A stretch of DNA of 64,000 nt from NCBI GenBank assembly GCA_964016885.1, contig OZ024741.1:141670001-141734000 (forward strand), written 5' to 3'. Under the pieces are notes generated by a model that saw only the letters and a program-made list of their open reading frames with translations, made no database searches and was not told the DNA's origin. The position numbers and the translations under genes are program-made. Shown here one piece after another: positions 12,041 through 25,751 of this stretch. Each line of letters begins with the position of its first letter. Position 1 is the first letter of the stretch. The DNA is from Eledone cirrhosa (Eukaryota).

Positions 12041-15000
12041 ACTCTTTGAGTCTCAGTCATTGATGTTAGTTAACAGGAAAGTTTGTTGAAATGAATATCA
12101 AGCCCTATCTGCAGCCTCAGATATCCAGGACGTATCGGAGGGTTCTTGCTGTTCCCAGCAAGCATGCCTTTTGAAGCGTTCCAAAAAGCGTGAAGGGGCC
12201 AATTTTCTATAACCATCCCTGGAAACTTTTTGAGATAGTCCCTAGTGCGCCTATGACAATCGGGATCACTTTGACTTCATGGCAGTTCCAAATCCTTTTT
12301 ACCTCCCACTTTAAGTCCTGGTATCGGTTAATTTTCTCCCTCTCCTTCTCTTGCACTCTCGTGTCGAATGGGCAGGCCACATCCACAATCAGGCACGATC
12401 TTTTTTCTTTGTCCACAACCACCAGGTCAGATCTATTGTGTTCCAGTTTCTTGTCCGTCTGTATCCTAAAATCCCACAGCACCTTCACCTGATCGTTTTC
12501 TATCACCGCCTCTGGCTTATGCTCATACCACTTCTCAGAATGTGGTAAATTGTTTACTTTGCATAGGTGCCAGTGGATCACCCTGCCCATCACATCATGT
12601 CTCCATCCCTTATAGTGAGTCTGGGCTAGGTGTTTACACTCGGATACAATGTGAGCTACAGTCTCCTCTCTCTCTCCACAGATCCTGCACAGTGGGCTAG
12701 CCTCCTCCTTGTAAATATGGTGTTTCAACCACTTCGCTTTGAGGGCCTGTTCCTGCGCAGCCATTAACATTCCTTCTGTAGCCTTTTTAAGGTCTCCTCT
12801 TTTCAACCAGTTCCATGTCTGTGGATCTCTAAATTCAGTTTTCTCAAAGAAGGTACCTATGAAGGGATTTTTCCTGAAGGCTGCTCTTTCTCCTTGACGT
12901 TATTTCCTCCTTGGACATCCCCTGGCCTATTGTCCCCTCCTTCAGTACAGTTCTGAGCATTGGCTCCTTACTATCAGTCACGTATTTGTGTAGGTTGTTT
13001 TTCTCCACCTGAACACAGTCCTCTATGCTGATAAGACCTCTTCCACCCTCAGATCTCCTTAAGTAGAGTCTATCGACATCACTCCTCTTGTGGAACATGT
13101 TGTAGATAGTCAATGGCTTCCTAGTTTTCCTATCCATTTCTTTCTGTTCAGCAACATTCCATCTCAGAATTCCCGCACTGTACCTAATAATAGACACAGC
13201 TCGGGAATTTACTGCACTTATGGCATTCCTACTGTTCAGATATGACTTTAATACGCTCCTTACTCTCCGAATGTATTCAGTTCCTATCAATTCCTTCATT
13301 TTTTTGTTCTTGATGTCATCAGCCTCCAGAACGCCCAAAAACTTGTATCCTTCTTCAGAGTCAATTTCCTTTATCATCTCACCCGTTGATACCTGGATTC
13401 CGTTACTTCTGCTCAACTTACCCCTCTTCATCACAATGACTCCACACTTACTAATACCAAATTGCATACATATATCATTGGTTAAAATACGGACAGTGTC
13501 AACAAGCACATCCAACTCCTTCTCACTCTTCCCGAAGAGCTTAAGATCGTCCATGAAGAGGAGGTGATTGATGGTAAGCCCTCCCTTTCCCAACCTGTAT
13601 CCTGCTCTCACTTTTCGCAATACACTGGTCAGGGGCATCAGGGCAAGGTCAAACAACAGAGGGGACAGACTATCTCCCTGGAAGATACCTCTCTTGATCT
13701 TCACGCTTCCCAAGGATTCTCCAGTTGATGTTAACTCTGTTTCCCAGGACTTCATACTTTTGCCCAACAACTGTCTGATGTTATCTGCCACCTTGAAGAT
13801 CTCCAGGCTTTTGGTGATCCAAGAATGAGGCACCATGTCAAATGCCTTTTTGTTATCTATCCATCCCATGGCAAGACCAGTGTGTCTCCTCTTGCAATTC
13901 CTCATTGCCACATTATCAATAAGTAACTGGTCCTTTATCACTGTACCACGTGACTTCTTTCGGCATCCTTTCTGTTCGTCCGGTAACAAGTTGTTTGTGT
14001 GGAGGTGATGGTAGATTTCCTCAGACATAATGCTTGTCAACAGTTTCCACATTACGGACAGACATGTGATAGGTCTGTAGTTGGTAACATCATTAACCTT
14101 GATTCGGTCTTTCATTATCAGAACTGTGGTACCTTTTGTCAACCACTCTGGTACCTCACCTGACATCAAGCAGTCATTGAACATGGTTATCAGTTTCGGG
14201 TGGAGGGATGTTATATTTTTAATCCAATACCCCTGCACACCATCTGGGCCTGGTGATTTCCAGTTGGTTAGTTTTTTTAGCCTGCCCCTTAAGAGTTTCA
14301 ACTGTGATACTCAAATCAGTTTGTTGGTGTGCCTGTTCACTAATCTCCTTCTGTACTGTCTCAATCCACACTGCCTGGTCATTATGTTTAACATCCTGCT
14401 CCCATATTCCTCTCCAGAATGTTTTAGTTTGTTCCGCCTCAGGGATCAAGTCGTTGCCTCTTCCTTTCCCTTCAAGCCGTCCAAACAGCATCTTCTGGTT
14501 GTTGTCGAACATGCGGTTCTGTCTATACTGGCTGACTCTGTTCTCGTATCGCCTGATTTTTGCACTCTTTGCTACAATGCGTTGCTTCAGTTCCTCTATG
14601 ATAATATTTAGCTTTTTCCTCATAGTTTTGTACTTTATTTCCAGTCTATTTTTAGTGTCTATGTTTTTTAGTGTCTCATTCAGTAGGGACTCAAGCTTTC
14701 CAATGTCATTTCTCATTTCCCTGATTTGACCACTCAGTCGTTTCTTCCACCAAGGCTCTGCTCTTTCTTGTCTGTTGTTTCCTCTCGCTTTTATACCAAG
14801 TAGTTTCCTCACCGTATTTGCCGTTGCTTTGAGGATATTGTTGCACTGGTGAAGGCTCCTCGCCTCAAGGTATGGGATGACTTTGTTTACCTTAGCTGTT
14901 GTTTCTTTTAACTTTTTCCTGTTTACAAATCTTAGGTTCATAGGTCTCCCACTATCATTGTTCAATTCATCTACCACTAAGTTTAGGATATCAACCAAAT

Positions 15001-15760
15001 CTTGTCCTAGCCCATCAGCATTCATCTCCTCAGTGGCCGTATCTCTGTTCTAGGTATTATTTATCTCAGCATTCAGATCATTGTCTGCTTCGGGTGGTTC
15101 CTCCGTTCTCTCGACCTCTTCACCTTCATTTCCTACTGGCTCGTTTGCCTGGCATACTCCACTCTCCAACTCCAAGCTAATCTCTCTGCTCAGTTCCTCC
15201 AGTTGCAGCTCGCTTATCCACCCATTAGTTTTTATTACCTGAGCCTGCCCGGCCAATTTTTGTTCATCTAATTTAAATAGACCAATCTCGTTCCAGATGT
15301 TATGCATCCGTTTCCTATAGCCTTTCTCCTTGGGGTTACTCTTCAGGTAACATTGCATAACAGTTTTATTCAATTCTTTCGTCCAGTTGGTTGTGGTCCC
15401 TTTCCTTCTTTTTCTTCCTCCGAGACCAGCAGTATTTGGTTGACATCCAGGTCTCTGCTGATGAGCCAGGGAGCACCTGTTGGGTGAGAGTCTGTCACAT
15501 GACATTCTAGTCTCCATTTCACCGTTATTCGAACTGTTTAGGTTCGACATTTAAACACTCTTATCGAGGATTGGCGAATGTATGGTTACATAACCACCGG
15601 TGAATTCATCGTCTCCGGTGGTTCCGTCACTCCACGTCATTTTTGTGTGACATTATCACGCTGTAGACGAACATAAATAAACAAACAAACAAACAGGCAA
15701 AAAAAAAACCAAAAATGAATAAGCATAAGTTTCATTGTAATGTTTATTATTGTTTATTAT
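12041..15760 (-). mobile_element. R4/Dong-clade non-LTR retrotransposon, near full length
   Basis: Single long frame-broken ORF with RT (KSPGPDG, YRPITCL, GIFQGDSLSP, LFMDD), CCHC (CRICGEREETVAHIVSEC), RHD and RLE nuclease (LWDF..NRSDL..VDVACPFD..KE.EK). (TTA)n on both flanks. Confidence 0.9.
12117..15550 (-). pseudogene. Dong/R4 RT-RLE polyprotein with a few frame disruptions
   Basis: ORFs 15050-15550, 14219-15025, 12844-14301 and 12207-12806 are collinear pieces of one protein ending ..LRYVLDI*. Confidence 0.88.
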
Positions 15761-15792
15761 TGTTAATTATTATTATTATTAAATATATATAT

Positions 15793-15938
15793 AGGGCGGT
15801 GGATTGGCAGTATTGGGAGAGGGTCTGATGTTCAAGTCCCACCGAGGTCAACTTTTCCTTTCATCCTTAAGGGGTCGATAAAATAAGGCCCCATTAATAC
15901 ACTAGGATAATTGCTGGCCTTGTTCTAAAAGTAGAAAC

Positions 15939-15942
<4 letters not shown>
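15793..15942 (+). mobile_element. tRNA-derived SINE (internal deletion)
   Basis: Same head, core and tail as the other copies. Confidence 0.75.
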
Positions 15943-15989
<47 letters not shown>

Positions 15990-15990
<1 letters not shown>

Positions 15991-16562
15991 TAGCAGATGT
16001 ACCCGGTGTTGCTCGGGAAATGAATGACAGCCTGTTTGTCCGTATAAAGAGAGCCAAAGGTTGAGCAAAGAATTGATATGTAATTGTAAAAAAAAGTTTA
16101 ACAAAATGGGTGTACAGTGACATGATTGAGTGAAATAAACGGCAACATAAAAACAATTCATGGGGTAGCTTGAGTTAATTGACGTGAATGATTTCAGGTC
16201 CGGCCTTGCTGTAATAAGGGGATAAAGATGGAATAGACGCACCGTATGTCCTTCAGTAGACTAAACCCTATGCGTAAGATAGCGCTGCCATTTGAAGCAA
16301 ATCGGCTTAGTACTTCAAAAGTTAAAAGGAGCCTAGTATTTGTACACAGACAGATACACACACAACATCGATTTTTCGGCCCCAATATCGATTTTTTTCA
16401 AATTTGTTTTTTTTTCCAAAACCTGCTCTGGCATATAATCAATACGTGTGCCAAATTTGGTTGAAATCGGCCTAGTACTTCAAAAGTTAAAAAGGAGCCT
16501 AATATTTGTACACAGACAGACAGACACACACACACAGACCGACTTGCTTTTATATATATAGA
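15990..16562 (-). mobile_element. Non-autonomous Helitron, complete
   Basis: Minus strand starts TCTATATATATAAAA, has an internal TGTC/TG microsatellite, and ends CCCGAGCAACACCGGG..CTAG between A|T. Confidence 0.8.
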
Positions 16563-16866
16563 TATATGACTCTCTATCACTCTCTCTGACTCTCTTTCTC
16601 CTGCTTTCAGAATTGCTGATAGATTATCAAGACGCTGTCTTACAAAAATATCCGAAGCATTGCATTAGTATCAACATTTAATTCGATTTTAAAAGGGTTT
16701 AAAAGGGTTTAAAAGTGTTTAAACAAGGTTTTAATAATTACGGTTACTCGCACGAATTAAACAGAGAGAAAAGACAACGCGAAGAATTAGTACAGAAAAT
16801 TAGAACAAATACCCAAGGGAAAAAAACATAAATTTTTAACTGCTTCCTCACACCAGTTGCATAACC

Positions 16867-16945
<79 letters not shown>

Positions 16946-16964
16946 TGTGTGTGTGTGTGTCTGT

Positions 16965-17034
<70 letters not shown>

Positions 17035-17322
17035 TACCAGACATTAATTTATATATATATATATTGCATATTATTGCCAATGTATAAATAACTGATTGAC
17101 TTCCTATGTTGAGATGCGAATTAAGATATATTTAAAAAATAATATAATTTCTAAATTAGGCGCAAGGCAGTGAATTGGTAAAGCTCTTAGAGATTTAGCT
17201 GTGTACATTGCGGCTTTCTGTCCTCGGGGATCAAATATCGCCGAGGACAACTTTGCCGCTCGTCTTTTCGTCTTTTTGGGGTAGATAAATATAGTACTAA
17301 ACCAATAGTGGTGTCGATTCTC

Positions 17323-17420
<98 letters not shown>

Positions 17421-17439
17421 TAAAAACTGGCTTTCTATT

Positions 17440-17680
17440 AGTAGCTACAATAATAAGGCTTTCTAATCTAAGAACAAGGCCTGAAATATTTGGAGAGGGG
17501 AAATTAATTATTTCCACCCCGGTATTTCACTGATACTTTATCTTATCGTCCTTGAAAGGAAGAAAGGCAAGGCAGACCTAGGCGTGGTTTAATTCCAGAA
17601 TGTAAAGAGTAGGAACAAATGCCGCAAATCATTTTGTCCGACGTTCTTCACCAGTTTCTGACCACTCCACCGCTCATAGG
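17440..17680 (-). mobile_element. tRNA-derived SINE, diverged
   Basis: Reverse complement of the SINE core and tail. Confidence 0.6.
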
Positions 17681-17889
17681 CGAATTAAATATAAATAAAT
17701 CTTCCAAAGAATTTAGCACACTTCAATAATTACGGCTACTCACACGAATAAACTGTCATTCAAATGTCCGTAATATATTGCTTGTTTTGCATTTCATCCA
17801 CTCATTTGGTGATTCTGTTAATAAGTAAAACGTCCAAATATTAATCAACGAAATTACTCTACATTTTATGAGATTTATATTTACTATTA

Positions 17890-19480
17890 GCTACAGTGTG
17901 TCGCTATAGTCGAAATCAAAGATTGGAATTAGCTGGTAGAGCTCTACCGCCGACATAATATTAGCCGTATATCCATTAGTGAATGAATCATATATGGAAG
18001 AAGTCAAATGACTTAATTCATTTATCATCCTGCAATAAATATTTTTAGGTCATTGATTCCCAGAATGATCCCAACCAATATCCCCATCTTTAATAATTAA
18101 GTTTATAGATATTCTGATTATAGACAAATATATCAATGAATTGCAGTCATATTACAGCTGGTCACTACTTAATAGCAGACGTTTATTCATACTGATAATA
18201 CGTATCAACAGTAAAACAATATATCTCTAGAATTTATTCCTTCAATCAAAAGAAATACATTTGAAATGTCAGTATTAAGTAGGTAATATATGCAGACATT
18301 TATACACGCCGCTGTAAGAGTTGGAAGCTATTATGATTATCGTTTAGCCTTTTAGATAACAAGCCGCCTGAAACCAGCCTTGGTTCTATGATATAAAGCC
18401 GTTTGTTTTTAACTGCTCATACTTAAGTTTAAACAATATATCATAGTATTACTAAGAGACTAAGTTATATTCCAAATACCACATTAATAATGAGAAAGTT
18501 AGTTATTTTAATGAATTCTCAACGGTGTTAAGGGACTGGGGATACAATACGTTAAGTGTACTGGTGCAATGTGAAATGAAGTACTTTGCTCAGGAACACA
18601 CAACCAACTTGGTCCATGAATCAAACTCACGACTTTATAATCGTAAGTTTAGCACTCTAACCACTAGGACACGAGCCTTCACAATAACCTTAACATTATT
18701 TCAATTTCTTATAGGAGTAATTTCACTTCATCCACTCAGGTTATGGTTTTCAGAAATACACGTACGTATTCAGAACCAATTCATGTCATTTTATAATTAC
18801 AAGAAAAAAAACCAGAAAACTTTTGGATTACTCAAGTATTTAATACTTTCATTGGCTCTTTGAAAAATGCGGCTTTATAAAAGACTTTACGGATTTACCA
18901 TTAAAGAAAAATTGTTTCACGTGGGTTTGTGCTAAGACTTTTACGGTAGGAGGCAGTAAAACGCTACCTAGGAATAATTAAGCGTTATATTCAGCATCGA
19001 AATGACTCTATATTTCATGTGATTCTCTGTGACTATGTACTGTGCTACGTAGCCGAAATCAAATAATAGAATTAGCTAGAATGTATACATTCCCAAGGTA
19101 ATATTGGCTACACATCCATTAGTGAAGAAATCTCATATGGAAAATGTCAAAAGACTTAATCCATTTATCACCCTTACGTGTAATAAATATTGTTAGATTA
19201 ATTGATTTCCCGTATGATCCCAACCAATCTCCTATATTTAATAATTATGCCTATAGACACTCTGATTAAAGCCAAATATATCAATGGACTACCGTGATAT
19301 TATAACTGAACACTGCTTAATAGGAAACGTTTATTCATACTGATAACATGTATCAACAATAAAAACAATATATCTTTCTTCGAACCTTCAGAATTTATTC
19401 ACTCAAACAAAAGGAATATATTTAAAGTGTCAGCATTAAGTAGATAATATTTGCAGACATCTACACATGCCATTCTAAGA
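17890..19480. repeat. Diverged direct duplication (~440 bp: ~17890-18320 and ~19040-19480)
   Basis: Collinear shared blocks (CGAAATCAAA, ATCCATTAGTGAA, ATGATCCCAACCAAT, CGTTTATTCATACTGATAA, GCAGACAT). Confidence 0.85.
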
Positions 19481-20959
19481 AGGGTAAGGCGCTATTTTAA
19501 TGATCCTATGCAAGAATTGGCGGGGTCTTTATGGCGTCGGATTAATTGCCTATTTGTTTCGGTTCATTGCACTCTAAGTTCGTATGCTACCTAGGTCTTC
19601 TTTACTGTCTTATCGTCCTGTTTGATACATAAAGTACCAGTCCAAGGGCGGGTAATTGGTGGATTTGTTAATGAGTAGGACGGGATGATCCGGCACTGTA
19701 CACACAAACTTCTTCTGTCAGGATCTGCAACCATAATATTAACAATGGTGAGAAAAAAACAAGCATTTTAACGATGAGCTCCTTTCCTTTCCTCTCTTTA
19801 GAAGCATATTATAATTCGGAGATTTCTTTCTTTTGTATAATTTCGATGAATGATCGAGTTAAATTTATTTTTATACCTACTTATTTATTTATTTTCACTT
19901 CATCAATTATCATACTTAATGTTTTACTGAGTTTTACAAATGTATTTGTCTCGAAAACTTTCATTTAGCCTTCCGCAACATTTTTCCATGCCATTTCTAG
20001 CTAAGATTGATTGTTAATAAAGTATCAATAATAAATTATTTCTTGTAGGCGTAAAGCTCTTATGTTCGAGCTATGGAATTAGTTATAACTTTTCTTTATG
20101 TTTTTTTTTTATTTTTATTTTTCAATTTATATAATAATTTTCAATCTCTCTAATGCTGTTCCTTTTTATGATTGAGGCATTTTATTACATATTATATTTA
20201 TGTAATTTTCTTTTTGTATATTTCATATGAATATTTCCTGACTATATTTGTTTAACGTAGACAGCTCCAGGATTTCACATCTGATTAGCTTTGAAACAAT
20301 GCCGTAATCGCTGTAGTTTTGAATTTTCCTGAATATCTCCCATCTGAGATTCCATTCTTCCATATATCTCCGGTAATATTTTTCAACGATCGTTATTATC
20401 TTAGTTAAACAAACTGTTAAACAGTTGTTCAAAGAATTTTCGCATCTGTGCTTCTATTAAAATTTTCCTTTTGGAAATTATTTTGCATCGAAACTAGAAA
20501 TTGAGCACTGGTTTGTTTGCTTCTGTTAAAATTCTGTCGACCAGAAGCTACAGAATAATTATACTAAATTCTACTAGTTGTTACTAAACTTGAATTGATG
20601 TGAAATGTTGGACACATTTTCAAGTTTATAACTTCAAACATCACAGAAAACATTTACAAATGCTTCTTTAAAAAGTCCAATTCACATTAATTATTTCAAA
20701 TTTCAACTTAATCTAGTCAGTAATTATATTTTCAAGTTTAAAGAAAGAGGAATATGAACTTTCCTTTCGTACATATCCAGTATATGGGAATTAGTGCAAT
20801 AGATGTATATATCATAGCCTACGGAATTAACTCAGTGCTGGAAGCGTCTCTTTGACCCTTGTTTCTGTTCCGCATCATGATGATATATAGTTAATAAATG
20901 AAACAAAACACAAGAAAGAAAATTACAGTTATATTAGGTTCATATATTCATACATGCTT

Positions 20960-21428
<469 letters not shown>

Positions 21429-21534
21429 ACGAAGGAAATGTGGTAAGGAACCAGGTGGACCATAACGCACCAAAGTACTCAATACTTGAGGTAGTAGAGT
21501 GGGTAATAGGAACCAGTAAGACCCCGACAAATAA

Positions 21535-21735
21535 GTGCACGAAAATTGAATGAAAACTTGTTCACGTGACAGCCATTATTTCATTTATAACCAACCAAAA
21601 AAAAGCCTTCGTGAGCCCCTTTTTTCAAGTAAAAAGAAATTCAAACACTCATATATGAAAAAACAACCCGTAACAACCCCCCCTCTTATTTGAAGAACTA
21701 TTGTAACGCGAGCTGGCGCGAAATTTATTATAATT
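21535..21735 (+). mobile_element. Fragment homologous to the 3' UTR of PLE-3
   Basis: Shares TTGTTCACGTGACAG, AAGCCTTCGTGAGCC and GTAACGCGA.CTGGCGCGAAATTTATTATA with the minus strand of 35095-35375. Confidence 0.7.
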
Positions 21736-21749
21736 TTTTTTTTTTTTAA

Positions 21750-21806
<57 letters not shown>

Positions 21807-21811
21807 CATAC

Positions 21812-22420
21812 ATGGTGGCTGCCAACTCGTTTTCGAGTACGGCCACTACTTTATATCCATGTAGGAGAGCCCCTACGGATGCGCTGAACGAGTGTGACTT
21901 TATAGTCCAGCCAGCGACTTGCAAACTCTGGTACAAACACTACACTTGTGACAATTATTGACAGAGTGCTGGGCCCATGGTACCATGTGACGACAAGTGC
22001 AGAGAGATCTCTAGATATAAAGCAATGCCTGTGCCGTGAAGCTTTTATAGTGAGCAAAGGCACTGCACAAAGCCAGTCCCACTCTCTTAACCAAGATGAT
22101 ATTTACCAAAAAGAAGAACAAGTCAACATCATTGGATACCATCAGGGTTGCAGGTGTTATATCAGAGTTTTCCTTCTCCTAGAATTCTGCCTTGACAATG
22201 GCTAAGGGGTCATCTCTCCCGGTGATTTTGGATGGCCATTAACTCTTAAGAGCTCCTTTGCCCTTTGACAGGTTTTGTTTTTAGTCCTGCAGGACGTCCA
22301 AAGTCACCCTCCTCACCAAGAAACCTTGGTGGGGTTGCCAGTTTAGTCGCCAACGACCCGAGCATGGGACAGGTTGTACTGGAATACATGTTACCAGTAG
22401 CCCCAACTGGTGACCTGACA
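21812..22420 (-). mobile_element. Probable LINE (RTE-like) 5' UTR fragment
   Basis: GC-richer structured segment between microsatellites that resembles RTE 5' UTRs. No coding support, so this is an inference. Confidence 0.35.
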
Positions 22421-22435
22421 CACGTACATATATAC

Positions 22436-22505
<70 letters not shown>

Positions 22506-22844
22506 TCTCTAATGTGATTAACGGGCAGCATCGGACATCGATAGGTTTGGTGATACTGATAGCCAACTTGTGAATAATTAATTTCGGGAGGGTATAATGT
22601 AATTTAATAGCCTTGTGAACATCAATGGAATAGGGATAAGAACAATTCCACCATCATAGGAATATCCATATATTTGCGGTTACTATAAAATATACAGATT
22701 TATCTACATCAACATCGAAATGAATGTTGCAACAAAAATGTGTAATTGTTTACTCATTCCTAAACAAAGATTGACAATACTTCCAGCAGCTTTTGTATAT
22801 TCAAACACAAACCCATGTATACATACGTACACACACGTACGCAT

Positions 22845-22935
<91 letters not shown>

Positions 22936-23040
22936 TATTGAAGTTTGCTTGAAGCATTGTGAAAGAATAAGGTAAATTTCTTTAAGTCGTTTGGAAGCCT
23001 CGACAATGCAGATGGGTAAATCAGATGGGTACACACACGT

Positions 23041-23132
<92 letters not shown>

Positions 23133-23137
<5 letters not shown>

Positions 23138-25562
23138 TATTGAAGTTTGCTTGAAGCATTGTGAAATAATAAGGTAAATTTCTTTAAGTCGTTTGGAAGC
23201 CTCGACAATGCAGATGGGTAAATCTCCGGGTAACAAGATCCGGTGGTGTGGTGGAGAGAGAGATGTAAGTGGGTGTACGTTGAGATGTGCGGCGTGTAGA
23301 ATACTGTAACGTGTAGAAGAATGTAGGAAAGAGCGTAAACGATAAAAATAATAACACGATATAGAGTTACCTTGGGAGAGATTTAATTGTCCCTATATAT
23401 TTCGGATTCACATCCATCAACTGGTGTTTTTTTCTGGGGGAGGGGAAAGGTTGTCTGTCGGAAAGGTGCCAAACGTGTCCTCCGCTGTTCGTTGTTTTGA
23501 ATATCTGAGGTATTCAGCAGAGCGCGCGTGCGCGTGAAATGGGGTCGATCAAGCAGAGGTCGGCGGCCGAAATAGTTCTTTCAATTGTGGGAGTGGAGTG
23601 GCGCTAGCTGTCAGTCCATAGTATTATTCTCTGCCTGTTTGGTGAATGTTACTGTGTGTGTGTGTGTGCGTGTGTTGTTGTCTCGCTTGAGTGTGCGTGT
23701 GTGTGCGTGCGTTGTTGCCTTGTTCCTCTGTATTGGCAGTGTAGTATGTTCGTATGGTGGAATGCTACCGTGTGTGTGTGTGTGTGTATTGCTGTCTCGC
23801 TTGTGTGTGTGTGTGTACGTGTTTTGCTGCATCGTTTGTTTACTTAAACCAACCACCCCATTTCGCTTCTCTCGGATCGCTTCTTTAATTGTGGCCCTAG
23901 GCGTTTGATCCAAAGTGCTTCCTTGATACGTAATGTGCCGACGTTTCTTTCTGTCGCCAGAATTGTGACAATGGGCCTTCCGTCTTTGTTTCCGCATTTG
24001 GCTATGTGTTTCCGGAAAGACGAGGCCCTGGTGTTAGTGTGCTCCTTGATCCGGATGTGCAGCGACCGGATTGTGGTTCCTATATAGTATTGGTTTCACA
24101 TGTTACATTCTATCTTATACATGACGTATGTGTGTAGGCAACAGTTCGCATGGCGCATCGGGCAGTATCTGAGGGAGCACGCGTCAGTTGATTTCCCGGG
24201 TTTCCTGGATAGGCATCTTCGCAGGGAGGGGCCCGAGTGGGCCAGGTGGATGTCGAGGCCCTCCCTCCGTATAGCCTTGCGGATAGCGTTGGTGGTATTC
24301 TCGCCCAGGTGTGGCATTTTAAGGAAGCATTTGCCTTGGGTGCCTCTCTGTCTCTTGTGTCTGGTGTCTCCTACTCTGTCTGTGAGGGAGGTAGGGTACC
24401 CGTTCGTATCCATCCCCTCGAGGAATCGCTTGGTATGAGTGACACCACTCGCGGGATCGCTGCATCTGTTTTTGATTCGCGCGATCTCGTTCGTGATGAA
24501 TCCTCTTTTGGCACTGTTAGGGAGGGCGGACTTGTAGTGGACGAACAGGTCCCTGCAGGCTGCCTTTCTGTAGAAGTTGCAGTGGATCCCTCCCTGTTCC
24601 ATGATGTTGATTCGAAAGTCGAGGAGGGCAAGTGACCCGTCTTCGTTGGGGTGTTCAACACTGAAGTCAATGTTCTCGTCCGTGTTGTTGAACGTCTCAT
24701 AGATTCTGTTCGCCATGTCTTGGGAAGATGTGAGGATGAGGATATCGTCCACGTACCTTGAGAAAAAGGCGACGGCGTTGGGGTGGCAGGCGTTGAGTGC
24801 CTTGCGCTCGAGGCTGTCCATGTATGAGATCGCTAGCACACCCGCAGGCTTGAGCCCATGGGCAGTCCCGAGGTTTGCTGGTATGTTTGGTCAAGGAATC
24901 CGAAGTAGGTGCTGTCGACGACGATGGATAGGAGCGGTGGATGTCAGTGGTTGTGAGCCCGAAGCAATGTAGGTCGGTGGATTGGACGCGTTCCATCAGT
25001 ATATTAACGGCCGGGAGTGCCGGGACCGAGGTGTAGAGAGCGACTACATCAAAGCTGTTATCCTTTCTGGTGCCGGGATCCATTTGATGCAGGCGCTTCA
25101 ACACCTCCTCGGAGCTGTTAACGTGTCCCGGCAAGGTGTCTATGATAGGTTTGAGTATTCTGGCTAGGAGCCATCACATTTTGTAGAGCGGTCCTTCCAA
25201 GCTCGATACAATGGGCCTGATCTTCAGGTCGGATCCCTATTTGTGTGTTTTCATGAGGTGGTAGAAGGCGGGTAGTCTGCTGTTCCTCGTGAGGAGGTTG
25301 TATCTCAGCTTCTTCGGGAGCTTCCGACGGTCGCAGTTGTTGGTCCAGGCGGCGTTGATGTGCTCCTCTATCTGCGCGGGAGTGATTCCCGTGACCTTGG
25401 AGTAGAGGTTGTCATCGTCAAGGTGTTGGAGGGCCAGGGTGTTGTAGGCCTCTCTGCTGATGAAGCAGAATTCTTTTCCCTTGTCGGAGGGGAGGTAGAT
25501 GAGGTTCTTCGATTTTAGGTTGGAGAGAGTGGTGAGTTGAGATTTGGTGAGGTTGTGTGTTG
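23133..25562 (-). mobile_element. Penelope-like retroelement (PLE-2), 5'-truncated, decayed
   Basis: NLT..PSDKG, FYHLMKTHK, SFDVVALYTSVP, FFSRYVDD, LALLDF, YRKA..HYKSALP, then GIY-YIG (MYKIECNM*NQYYIGTT.R.L..R..EH). (CA)-rich 3' UTR; degenerate HHR at ~23391-23425. Confidence 0.9.
23845..24130 (-). pseudogene. PLE-2 GIY-YIG endonuclease with in-frame TGA at 24096-24098
   Basis: Hand translation continues in frame after the TGA: NQYYIGTTIRSLHIRIKEH...LRIKEALWIKRLGPQL. Confidence 0.85.
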
Positions 25563-25708
25563 TGCGTGTGTGTGTGTGTGTTTGTGAAGTATATCCGAGA
25601 TGGAGTGTATATAAGCATGTATGTATATATATATATGTATATATGAACCTAATATAACTGTAATTTTCCTTCTTGTGTTTTGTTTTGTTTCATTTATTAA
25701 CTATATAT

Positions 25709-25709
<1 letters not shown>

Positions 25710-25751
<42 letters not shown>

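Noticed and set aside
13220-14729. Plus-strand ORFs overlapping the Dong element
   Set aside because: Antisense shadows of the RT ORF.
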